Shown one piece after another: positions 25,731 to 33,845 of a DNA stretch of 64,000 nt (position 1 is the stretch's first letter; each line of letters starts with the position of its first letter). Location of the stretch: assembly GCA_030446545.1 (NCBI GenBank), contig JAUJNB010000001.1, positions 280,885-344,884 of the forward strand, given 5' to 3'. Under the pieces are notes generated by a model. That model was given only the letters and a program-made list of their open reading frames with translations, was not told where the DNA came from and searched no databases. The DNA comes from Acidimicrobiales bacterium (GTDB taxonomy: Bacteria > Actinomycetota > Acidimicrobiia > Acidimicrobiales > CADCSY01). A program made the translations under genes and the position numbers.

Positions 25731-26237
25731 TCAGCTCATGACGGTGACCGGCACGGCGTAGAACATCACCAGGGCGAGAGCCACGTCGACGGCGTCGACC
25801 GTCTCGGCCATCTTGTTCGACCCCAAAACCCCCCCGAGGCTGGCTACCGGCGTGCGGTCCTCCCTTTCCAGCATCTCACGAGCGAAGCCGATCCTTCGAT
25901 AGAGGTAAGAACGGGGCCCAAGTCGGATCACGATCCCCCGGCGACGACGGCTGAGAAGGGCCGAGTCCGGTTGTACCGCCTCACCGCCGAGCGTTGCCAC
26001 CGACAACGCCACCGGGTCGACAAAGGACGTGTGTCGCCTGCCGTCGAGCCTTCCGAAGGGACCGAACTCGATGCTGGCGTCGGGCAGGTGGGGACCCCAA
26101 GCCCGGGTCCCCAGCCGGTGATCGGTGAAGCCCACCCAGGCTGGCCCGTACGGCCCCTCCTATCGAGTACGCACCTCCACACCCTCCGGGGAAGCCGGGC
26201 CATGCCCCGAGGGGTCACTGACGGTGAAGGTGGTCAA
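25731..26237 (-). pseudogene. multicopy ~170-aa family, copy with in-frame TAG
   Basis: TTG at 26237 gives LTTFTVSDPSGHGPASPEGVEVRTR, then TAG at 26160-26162 exactly where paralogs have the Tyr of Y-E-G-P-H/Y-G-P. It continues EGPYGPAWVGFTD..RAWGPHLP..GRLDGRRHTSFVD..LSRRRRGIVI..RSYLYR..VALALVMFYAVPV. Confidence 0.6.
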
Positions 26238-26246
26238 AGGCCGCCT

Positions 26247-26780
26247 CTACGCCTGTGCCCTGATGGCGCTGTCGGGTACGCCATAGAACATCACCAGGGC
26301 GAGGGCCACGTCGACGTCATCTGCCTCCTCAGCCACCTGATGGGGCGCTCTCACGCCTCCGAAACTGACCACCGGAGTGCGGTCGTCGCGCTCCAGCAGA
26401 GGGCTGGAGATGCCGGCGATGCGGTAGAGGTATAACCGGGGCCCAAGATCGATCTTGATACCCCGACGGCGGCGATTGAACAGGGCCCAGTTCGGTTGCA
26501 CGGCATTCCCCGACAGCTCTCCCACGCCGAGGGCTACTGGATCCACGAACGACGTATGTCGCTGGCCGTCCAGTCGCCCCGAAGGGCCGAAGTCGAAGCG
26601 GGCGTCCGGAACAAGGGGACCCCACGCCTGAGTGACCTGGTCATTGTTCGTGTAGGCCGCGAAGACGGGTCCGTGGGGCCCGTCGTAGTAGCTGTGGGCG
26701 ACGGCACCCGGTGGAGCACCAGGTGCGTCGCCGGAGGCGTCTCCGAGCCTGAAGGTGATCATGGGCGGCTTCGCTCTCAC
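26247..26780 (-). CDS. multicopy ~170-aa family protein, copy 4
   Basis: GTG at 26780 overlaps the upstream stop (GTGA). VRAKPPMITFRL..YYDGPHGPVFAA..QAWGPLVP..GRLDGQRHTSFVD..FNRRRRGIKI..RLYLYR..VDVALALVMFYGVPDSAIRAQA. Confidence 0.7.
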   Translation of the reverse strand: MRAKPPMITFRLGDASGDAPGAPPGAVAHSYYDGPHGPVFAAYTNNDQVTQAWGPLVPDARFDFGPSGRLDGQRHTSFVDPVALGVGELSGNAVQPNWALFNRRRRGIKIDLGPRLYLYRIAGISSPLLERDDRTPVVSFGGVRAPHQVAEEADDVDVALALVMFYGVPDSAIRAQA

Positions 26781-27217
26781 GTCGGCTTCGCCGCCGACGT
26801 CTCGGGAGGGAGGGCGATCTGGACCAGGTACGCGTCCCCCCCGGTGACCACGAAGCCCCCGGGCCCGAGACTGATTCTGATGCCCCGACGGCAGCAGTTG
26901 AACAGTGCCCAGCTCGGTTGCACCGCGTTCCCCGAGAGCTCTCCCACGCTGACGGCCACCGGATCCAGGAACGACGTATGTCGCCGCCCGTCCAGTCGCC
27001 CGGAAGGGCCGAAGTCGAGGCGGGCATCGGAGACATGGGGACCCCAGGCCCGAGTGACCTGGTCACCGTCGGTGTAGGCCGCGAGGACGGGCCCGTGCGG
27101 CCCTTCGTAGTGGCCACGGGTCACTACCCCCTGCGGCGAGGGAGGTGCGTCATCGGCCGCATCTCGGAGGGTGGCGGTCTTTGTCAGCACTTCGGCGTCA
27201 CGTCGGCTCACCGCCAA
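26777..27217 (-). CDS. chimeric ORF: N-terminal ~105 aa of the ~170-aa family fused to an essC-like 3' tail
   Basis: HYEGPHGPVLAA..RAWGPHVS..GRLDGRRHTSFLD..FNCCRRGIRI is followed by SLGPGGFVVTGGDAYLVQIALPPETSAAKPT*. That tail parallels the frame-corrected end of the 33846..38090 gene (PGRGFLVAG..EAALVQVALPPEVPGPPAV*). The DNA shares CTGGTCCAG(A/G)TCGCCCT..CCCGAG. Confidence 0.55.
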   Translation of the reverse strand: MAVSRRDAEVLTKTATLRDAADDAPPSPQGVVTRGHYEGPHGPVLAAYTDGDQVTRAWGPHVSDARLDFGPSGRLDGRRHTSFLDPVAVSVGELSGNAVQPSWALFNCCRRGIRISLGPGGFVVTGGDAYLVQIALPPETSAAKPT

Positions 27218-27312
27218 TGTCCTGGGAGCTCGACGGCTACCTCCAAGTGCCCGGCAGAGATCAGCTCGACGGCGTCAGGATCCATGGACACCGACGTCAT
27301 GGCCACCAGTAT
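27208..27312 (-). pseudogene. orphan 5' fragment of the effector family (start codon mutated ATG to ATA)
   Basis: The minus strand reads I-LVAMTSVSMDPDAVELISAGHLEVAVELPGHWR*, compared with MLVAMTSVFMDPDAVELLSARLSDIAVDLG in 24731..25684. Confidence 0.55.
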
Positions 27313-27483
27313 GGCGCCGCTGCACGTTTCCATACGCCTGCGCCTTGATGGCGCTGATCGGCCCCGTAGGGCTCGGCTGACCGTGACAGCGGTCCCTACC
27401 TGTATCGGTACCGATCCGCTCTTTTGTGGTGCTACGTTTCGCGTGTGCCGTCGCCGGGTGAGCTACGGGAAGAAGCCGCCGGC

Positions 27484-27804
27484 ATGGAGGGAGCGGCATC
27501 CCACAAGGAGGAGGTGGCCTACGAGCTGCGTCGCCAGGCCGCCCTGCTCCCCGAGGGCACGGATCGGGTGGACGGGACGATCACGCCCGCACTGTGGGAG
27601 GGCCGGGCGGCAGAGGCCGCCGACGATGCGCTGGCGAGCAGCGTCCGGTGGATTCGTCAGGCCGCCGAGGATCTGGAGGAGATCGCCGCCGAGCTCGAGG
27701 ACGAGGCCCACGGTCTTCGTCAGGACGCGGCCGACGCCGGCCGACAGGCCGACGACCTTCAAGCCGAGCTGGACGCCGAGGCCGACGCCGGTGCCGTCGC
27801 CTGA
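27484..27804 (+). CDS. small WXG-type / T7SS-signal-like helical protein (orphan, opposite strand)
   Basis: ATG at 27484 inside ORF 27424..27804, preceded by GGGAAGAAG. Reads MEGAASHKEEVAYELRRQAALLPEG..ITPALWEGRAAEAADDAL..EDLEEIAAELEDEA, with an acidic Ala/Asp tail. The W-x-G + AA pattern resembles the N-domain of the 14184..15915 toxin. Confidence 0.5.
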   Translation: MEGAASHKEEVAYELRRQAALLPEGTDRVDGTITPALWEGRAAEAADDALASSVRWIRQAAEDLEEIAAELEDEAHGLRQDAADAGRQADDLQAELDAEADAGAVA

Positions 27805-27899
27805 ACCCTCGGCCCGCCCCGGCCTTTCGCCAAGGGGTCCCTCCCCATGGGCACATGCCTGCGACTCCAGGGCCGACCGGTCGTCAGGGTTGCCCAGCG

Positions 27900-28406
27900 C
27901 TACCCCTCTCGAGCCTCAGGTGCCCGGCGCACCAGGTCGTGCAGGAGCCGGGCCAGCTGCGGCGGATCCTGGGTGGCCACGGCGACGTAGCCGGGCTGAC
28001 CGCGCTCCTTCACGATGACGTAGCGGTCACCCACGGCCGCTCCCCACTGACCCCCCGCCACCCGCACGTCGCTGGCGCGGTCACCGAACCAGCCGCCGAC
28101 GGTACCGGTGAAGCGCTGGCCGGCCGCCTGCTCCTCGAGCGGGGCGGGATCGAGATCGGCCAGGGCGAAGCGCTCCTTGCCGATCCGCAGGGTTTCTTCG
28201 GTGACCTCCAGCTTCCCGTAGCGCCGCTTGCTGTAGACGTAGGGACCGATCCCACCCAAGCCCACGACGGCACCGCCGAGCACGATGCTCAAGGCGTCGC
28301 CGGGGGTCCGGAGCACCGAGTCGATTGCCGTGCCGAGGGCGGTGACGGCAAGCAGGACCCACAGCGGAGTGAGAGACCCGCCCGGCTCAGTGTGCAGAAC
28401 ATTCAC
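27900..28406 (-). CDS. two-TM membrane protein with DUF3093/bacterial-PH-like soluble domain (candidate immunity)
   Basis: GTG start overlaps the upstream stop (GTGA). TM segments are LTPLWVLLAVTALGTAIDSVL and ALSIVLGGAVVGLGGIGPYVY. The soluble part reads KLEVTEETLRIGKERFALADL..YVIVKERGQPGYVAVATQDPPQLARLL. Confidence 0.6.
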   Translation of the reverse strand: MNVLHTEPGGSLTPLWVLLAVTALGTAIDSVLRTPGDALSIVLGGAVVGLGGIGPYVYSKRRYGKLEVTEETLRIGKERFALADLDPAPLEEQAAGQRFTGTVGGWFGDRASDVRVAGGQWGAAVGDRYVIVKERGQPGYVAVATQDPPQLARLLHDLVRRAPEAREG

Positions 28407-28936
28407 GCCTGTGCCGTGATGGCGCTTACCGGCACGCCTGCGAACAGCACCAGGGCGACGACCACATCCACCGGATCGGCTGACTCGGAGATCGCGTGGT
28501 CTCCGGTCACACCTCCGAGCGCGGCCACCGTCGATCGATCACCCCGCTCCAATGACGGCCGGGAGAAGCCAGTCACACGATAGAGGTAGGACCGGGCCTC
28601 CAGAGTCACCGCGATCCCCCGCCCGCGGCGGCTGAACAAGGTCCAATTCGGTCTGACCATCGCCCCGGAAGCTCCACCCACGGTGAGCGGTACCGGGTCC
28701 AGGTAGAAGGCGAGCGGCTGACCATCCGACCGACCGAAGGGGCCGGCCTCCAGCTGAGCACTCGGTACATGAGGTCCCCACGCGAACGTCGCTTCTTGGC
28801 TCTCGTTGTGACCGACGTACACCGGGCCGTGAGGGCCTTCGTAGCGACTACGAGCTGCCGTGCCCTCGGGCGAGCGGGGGGCGTCGCGGGGAGCCTCGTG
28901 CAGGCGGAAGCTGGTCATGGACGTCCGCGAGCTCAT
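28403..28936 (-). CDS. multicopy ~170-aa family protein, copy 6
   Basis: ATG at 28936 overlaps the stop of the upstream remnant (ATGA). MSSRTSMTSFRL..RYEGPHGPVYVG..FAWGPHVP..GRSDGQPLAFYLD..FSRRGRGIAV..RSYLYR..VDVVVALVLFAGVPVSAITAQA. Confidence 0.7.
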   Translation of the reverse strand: MSSRTSMTSFRLHEAPRDAPRSPEGTAARSRYEGPHGPVYVGHNESQEATFAWGPHVPSAQLEAGPFGRSDGQPLAFYLDPVPLTVGGASGAMVRPNWTLFSRRGRGIAVTLEARSYLYRVTGFSRPSLERGDRSTVAALGGVTGDHAISESADPVDVVVALVLFAGVPVSAITAQA

Positions 28937-29174
28937 CCGGGTGCCTCCACGCCGGGCAACAGGGCGCTCAGGCGTCGCCACACCTCTCCTGAGGACACCG
29001 GCTCGAGGGTCACTCCCAGGGCAGGGTCGTCGTAGGCGGCGGCGGCGAGCACGATGCTCAAGGCGTCCCCGGGCCCTGGAGCACCGAGTCGACCACCGTG
29101 CCGAGGGCGGTGACGGCAAGCAGGACCCACACCGGCGTGAGACGCGCGCCCAGCTCAGCGTGCAGAACGCTCAC
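28933..29174 (-). pseudogene. deletion chimera: 5' end of a DUF3093-like gene joined to 3' end of an EspG-like gene
   Basis: VSVLHAELGARLTPVWVLLAVTALGTVVDSVLQGPG.. is near-identical at the DNA level to the start of 27900..28406. After a 1-nt loss it runs into ..DALSIVL|AAAAYDDPALGVTLEPVSSGEVWRRLSALLPGVEAPG*. Confidence 0.6.
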
Positions 29175-29707
29175 GCCTGTGCCTTGATCGCGCTGGGAGG
29201 TACGCCGTAAAACATCACGAGGGCGACGGCCACGTCGACGGCATCCGCCGTCTCGGTGATCAGATGGCTCCCGAGGACGCCCTTGAGACTCGCCACCGGC
29301 GTGCCGTTCTGCCACTCCAACAGCTCACGTGGAGCGATCCCCGTGATCCGGTAGAGGTACGACCGGTTCTCCAAGGTGACCACAACCCCTCGGTGGCGGC
29401 GGCTGAACAGTGCCCATTCGGGCCGCACCACTTCTCCGGAGAGAGATCCCACGTGCAGCGGCACCGGTTTCATGTAGGCCGCGACCGGCTGGCCGTCCAG
29501 CCGTCCCCAATGGCCGACGTCGAGCTGGGTAGAGGGCACGTTGGGCCCCCATACCCGGGTGGCGGTCTGGTCGTCGCTGTACCCGACGTAGGCCGGCCCG
29601 TACGGCCCTTGGTACCCAGCGCGCACCTCCACGCCGTCGGGCGAGCGGGGGGTGTCGTCGGAAACACTTCCCAGGCTGAAGGCCACCATGGGTGCCTTGG
29701 GGGTCAC
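29171..29707 (-). CDS. multicopy ~170-aa family protein, copy 7
   Basis: GTG at 29707 overlaps the upstream stop (GTGA). VTPKAPMVAFSL..GYQGPYGPAYVG..RVWGPNVP..GRLDGQPVAAYMK..FSRRHRGVVV..RSYLYR..VDVAVALVMFYGVPPSAIKAQA. Confidence 0.7.
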   Translation of the reverse strand: MTPKAPMVAFSLGSVSDDTPRSPDGVEVRAGYQGPYGPAYVGYSDDQTATRVWGPNVPSTQLDVGHWGRLDGQPVAAYMKPVPLHVGSLSGEVVRPEWALFSRRHRGVVVTLENRSYLYRITGIAPRELLEWQNGTPVASLKGVLGSHLITETADAVDVAVALVMFYGVPPSAIKAQA

Positions 29708-30983
29708 CGGGACACCTGCGCCACGCCCGGCAGCAGGGCGCTCAGGCGTCGCCACACCTCTCCCGAGGACACCGGCCCGAGGGTCACACCCAGAGCGGGG
29801 TCGTCGAAGGCGGCGTCGTCGGGCACCGAAGAGATCCAGTAGCCGGCCTCGACGGCGTCGACCACGGTGAGCGAGCGGCTCCGCCGGGACCCCTCTCGCC
29901 AGAGAGAGGTGGCTCGCCACGTCAGGCGCCGGCTGCCCACCATGGTTGCTACTGCCGTGGCCCCTTGTCGATCGAGCCGGCCTTTGCCCATCAGGGATGC
30001 CACCGCCCGGGAGCCGGCACCGGCGTCGACGTTGGCCATGGTGGCGTCGAGGAGGTGACGCTCGACGGTGACGGGATGGTCGAGCGCCGGGGCGGGGCGC
30101 CGGCGGTGCAAGGCCAACTTGAACCTCAGCCTGACATGGCCGAGAGCCAGGTCCCGGTCACCGGGGTGGGGCGTGTCGAGGAGCTGTCGGGCCAGACGGT
30201 CGATCTCTCCCGCGCTCACTCGTTGGGGCCCGACTACCGCCCCGGAAACGCCGTCGCCCTCCAGCAGCCACAGCCCGTCATCGGTCCCGAAGGCCCGCAC
30301 CGTGCGCTCCGGCGAGTCCGAGCGCCAGACCGGAGCGCGCTGCAGCGTGGTGGTGGCGGCGGCGGCGGTGAGCTGCTGGAGGTCGGGCACGGCCCCGGCC
30401 GACCCATTGGGCGCGACCGGCGACCCGTCGCCGGCCCGGCCGTCGGGATCCAGGGCACCAAAGACGTAGATCGCCTCCCGGTCCAGCGAGCGGAAAACCA
30501 ATATGTGCTGGCCGGACTGGGTGTCGACGTCGTCGTGCAGGGCGATCCCGTCGCCGAGGACCAGGGTCGCCCCGGCCCACCCCGCTCGCTCCCCGGATCC
30601 GTGGCGCCAGGTGAGCTGGCCGACCGCATGTTGGAAGGCATGGACAACGGCGTCGAGCAGGGGGTCGCACTCGACCTCGTCAGGGGCGTCCTCGGGGTAG
30701 GAGATCACCTCGTGGGCGACGTCGAGTCGCTCGACGGTCCGGGTCGACAACGACCGGAGCGACGGGGTCAGCGGCCAGAGGTAAGGGGTCCAGTGGGGGT
30801 CGGGCTCCTCGGGGAGACCCGCAAGCCCGCGGCACAGGACCAGTTCCTCGTCGAGGACCTCGCCCACCACCACATCGGAGCTGGCCGCCAGGCCCCCAGC
30901 CGGCCCCACTCCACCACCCCGGAGCGGTCGGCCAGGGCGGACAGGTCGACAGGACTGGTGAGGTAGGGGCCGTCAGCGGTCAT
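29704..30983 (-). CDS. two-part protein: unknown N-terminal domain + EspG-like C-terminal half; one apparent frameshift near 30895-30915
   Basis: ATG at 30983 (MTADGPYLTSPVDLSALADRSGVVEW) lies in the frame of ORF 30768..31076. The body is in ORF 29704..30909 (..GGLAASSDVVVGEVLDEELVLCRG..). The N-half is paralogous to 32905..33782. The C-half (LALHRRRPAP..SRRLTWRATSLWREG..TVVDAVEAGYWISS..VSSGEVWRRLSALLP) is paralogous to 23926..24714. Confidence 0.5.
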
Positions 30984-31521
30984 CGCCGGCCCAGCTGGTG
31001 GCGGCGCTGGGCGTTGGCCCGGGCTGCCTCCAACGCCTCCACCATCTCCTCGGCCCGAGGGCCGGGCAGCAACCACAGCGACGGCTCACGGCCGGGTTGG
31101 CGGTCTTCGACGAGCACTCCCTTGCCCCACCCCAACGCGCCACCGTAGAGGTTCTGCCTGACCCTCAACCGACCGTTCTCCCAATGCGGGAACCAACTGG
31201 TGAGCTGGCCACATGGCCGCTCAGCGACCTGACGTCACCCAGGCGGTGGACGGGGACCACCAGGCGACCGCGCACGTGCAGCCCCTTGTCGTCCACCTCG
31301 ACCGACCCCCAGCTCTGGGGGATGAACAGCAGCCCGGAGAAGACCACCAGGGCCAGGTACGTGCCGGCGATCCACCACCAGGCGTTGGGAGCTGTGGGTC
31401 CGGATGGGGTCAACGCATCAGTGGTCAGACAACCCACGGGGATGGCGACCATGAGGACGATCCATCCCCGAAGGAGGCGAGGGCCGTTCTTGAAGTGTGG
31501 AGTGGGAGCGGAGGGTTCCAC
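30980..31521 (-). CDS. two-TM DUF3093/PH-like membrane protein (paralog of 27900..28406), one apparent frameshift near 31215
   Basis: ORF 31165..31521 reads MEPSAPTP..GWIVLMVAIPVGCL..WWWIAGTYLALVVFSGLLFI..VEVDDKGLHVRGRLVVPV. The alternative frame reads ..QLTSWFPHWENGRLRVRQNLYGGALGWGKGVLVEDRQPGREPSLWLLPGPRAEEMVEAL (ORF 30980..31168). That parallels GGWFGDRASDVRVAGGQWGAAVGDRYVIVKERGQPGY of the paralog. Its stop overlaps the next ATG (ATGA). Confidence 0.55.
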
Positions 31522-31532
31522 TGTTGGTACGG

Positions 31533-32515
31533 CTAGAAGATGCTTCCGAGGACCCTACCGGCGCCCTTGACCACCGAGGACGCTCCGTCGACCACTGCGT
31601 CGGCACCGCTGTCCATCCACTGGCCGATCTTCTCCCGGTGCTCGTAGGCGGTCGCACCCACTACGAGTACCGCTCCGGCGCCGGCGACGACCGGGTTGGG
31701 GGTCATCAACATGACGCTCCCGGCGGCCGTCAGCCCTTTGGTGATGGCCTTCTCGGTATCCCCCTTCTTGTATGCGTCGTAGGAGTCATAGGCGGAGAGT
31801 GCGGCCCCGGCCGCACCGAGCCCTCGCCCGGCAACCGTCACTACGCGACCGGCGCCGGGGACTTCAAGAAGTCCTGCACACGGCGCCCGGGACCGGTCAG
31901 CCCTCGGTTGGCCCGTAGGGCGTAGCGACTCTCGTTGGATCGGCGCAGGAGAGCTCGGCGGACAGCCTTGAGCTCCCGGTACTTCACCTTCTTGACGACT
32001 TGTATCTCCCGGCGCGCCATGGTGGCGCCGCCGGGCGTCATAGCCCGGATGCTCGCCGTCGAAGGCATGGGGCGACTGCCGAACTGGCGGGCGATGTTCC
32101 AGGTCTGCGCCCCCGCAGTGACGGCCCGGGTGCCGGAGACGCTGGTTCGCACCAGCCGCAAGATGGCTTCGGAACCGCTCGTGGCCGCGTCGGCCATGCG
32201 GATGCCGGCGGCGACCGACGACACGATCGAGCCGAAGTTACCCACGCCCTCTCGGTCGGCCTCCTCGGCGGCGGCACCCAACAGCCCCACGTTCTCGCCC
32301 AGGGTGACGATGAGGTCGGCGGCGCTGTCGATGGCCTCTCCGTGGGCCGGCAGGGGCGGGACGAACTCCGAGGAGGTGGAGCGGAAGCGGTTGAGCGCAT
32401 CCTCGACGTCTTCGCCGGTGGCCCGCAGGTCGTCGGCCAAGATCTCGAGGTCGGCCGCCATCTCGTACATGGCCTCGGGCACGAAGACGACGTCGTTGCT
32501 CACCGGGGCCCCCAA
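31533..32515 (-). CDS. putative secreted effector (paralog c), split into 31841..32515 and 31533..31841 by a frame break
   Basis: The N-part reads ..VSNDVVFVPEAMYEMAADLEILADDLR... The C-part reads VTVAGRGLGAAGAALS..MTPNPVVAGAGAVLVVGATAYEHREKIGQWMDSGADAVVDG. That aligns with RGLGVAGGAVS..VAPSPVTAAATIVTGVAWVGLEAWNHREEIAEVWNDGVDAVGD of 24731..25684. Combined length is 326 aa against 317 aa for the paralog. Confidence 0.6.
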
Positions 32516-32849
32516 CGCCCTCGAGCTCGAGGCGACGCCGCTCCTGTTCCTCCTCCAGCTGCTCCTGGCGCTCCCGGCGCCGCTCCTCGTCCTCCGCCAG
32601 CGCGTCGGCCAGGGCCTGGCGGATGGCGTCGGCGGTCTCCTCGAGGTTGCCGGCCTCGGTGCGCAGGATCTGGGCCAGGTCGTCGGCGTTGGCGTCGAAG
32701 CCCAGGCGAGACGCTCCCGACCACGCCCCCAGCTGGCCGGCGGAGGCCTGCACCAGCCGCTGGGCGGCGGCGTCGAGGTCCGACGCTGCCGTCATGCAGG
32801 CCTCGATGGCCTGACGGGCGGTGGCCTCATCGAAGTCGACGAGCTCCAT
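32500..32849 (-). CDS. small WXG-like helical protein; 3' end ambiguous
   Basis: ATG at 32849 inside ORF 32238..33059. Reads MELVDFDEATARQAIEACMTAASDLDAAAQRLVQASAGQLGAWSGASRLGFD (W-x-G), followed by a charged coiled-coil tail. As assembled the frame runs on over the next gene. A 1-nt shift in the GGGGG/CCCC run gives a TGA at 32500-32502 overlapping a GTG (GTGA). Confidence 0.5.
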
Positions 32850-32904
32850 CTCATCCCCTCTTCTTCCGACAGAGGACCACAGCCAACAGCGCGATGGTAG
32901 TGCG

Positions 32905-33782
32905 TCAACCCCGGCGCCAACGCCGCTTCCATCGAGGGGTGTCGTCGCCGAGGGACAGGAGCTGGCGGGCGGCGGCCAGGATCTCCTGGTCGCCCAGTCG
33001 CTGCAGGACGGCGCCAGGCTCGGCGCCCCGCCGGCCCTGGAACAGCCACAGCCCGTCATCGGCGCCGTAGGCGGTGACGGCCTGCTCCTTCCCGCCGCCG
33101 GCGGTGATCCCGGCGGCGGCCATCACCGTGGTGGAGCGGGCCCGGCGGGCCAACTCCGCCACCCGGGGGCGACCTCCTCGACGGTGGCCGCCACCTCGGG
33201 GGCGACGGTGGTGGTGGAGCGGCCGGTGGGGTCGAGCATGGCCGCCAGCCACGCCGCCTGGCGCTCCTGGGTGCGCAGGACCATCTCGTGCAGTCCCGAC
33301 TCGGCGGAGATGTCGTCGTGTAGGGCTAGGCCGTGGGGAACCACGAACGCTCCCCCGATCGCCGTACCCTCGTCGACCACGTCGGTGCGCCAGGTCACCA
33401 GGGCCGAGGCCTGCTGGACCGCCCACACCAAGGTGGCATGGGGTTGTTCGAACACCGGGCCGCCGTCGTCGCCGAAGCTCAACTGCCCCCGGGACAACAG
33501 CAGGCGGACACAGGCCTGCTTGGCGATGTCGGCCTCCTCGGCGGCCAGTGCGCTCAGGTGCGCCGTCCAGTGGGGGTCGCCCGTCGAGTCGGGGTCGTCG
33601 CCGCACAGGACCACCTCCTCGTCGGTGAAGGTGCCCACCACGATGTCGTGGGCGCGGGCCACCTCGGCCAGGCGTCCCTTGGCCAGGTCGGTGCTGGTCA
33701 GGGACAGGTCCAGGGGAGCGGGGCGGTGGAGGTCGGGGTTGGTCGCCACCACCGGATGGTAGTGAAGGCCCCCACCAGCCAT
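32905..33782 (-). CDS. unknown-domain protein (paralog of the N-half of 29704..30983), one apparent frameshift near 33165-33185
   Basis: ORF 33123..33821 reads ..DLSLTSTDLAKGRLAEVARAHDIVVGTFTDEEVVLCGDDPDSTGDPHW..GLALHDDISAESGLHEMVLR. It continues in the frame of ORF 32905..34185: ..AVTAYGADDGLWLFQGRRGAEPGAVLQRLGDQEILAAARQLLSLG. The start may be 33782 or 33821. Confidence 0.5.
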
Positions 33783-33845
33783 GCCGGCCAACCAGGGTCT
33801 TGCCCGCACCAGAGAGTCCACCGGCTCGGCGTGGAGAACGGCCGC

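Noticed and set aside
20479-29707. The regularly recurring similar sequence blocks might be a CRISPR array or a non-coding tandem repeat.
   Set aside because: The repeat units are about 0.5-kb protein-coding paralogs with conserved amino-acid motifs and synonymous-type divergence. There are no short identical direct repeats with unique spacers, and no cas genes.
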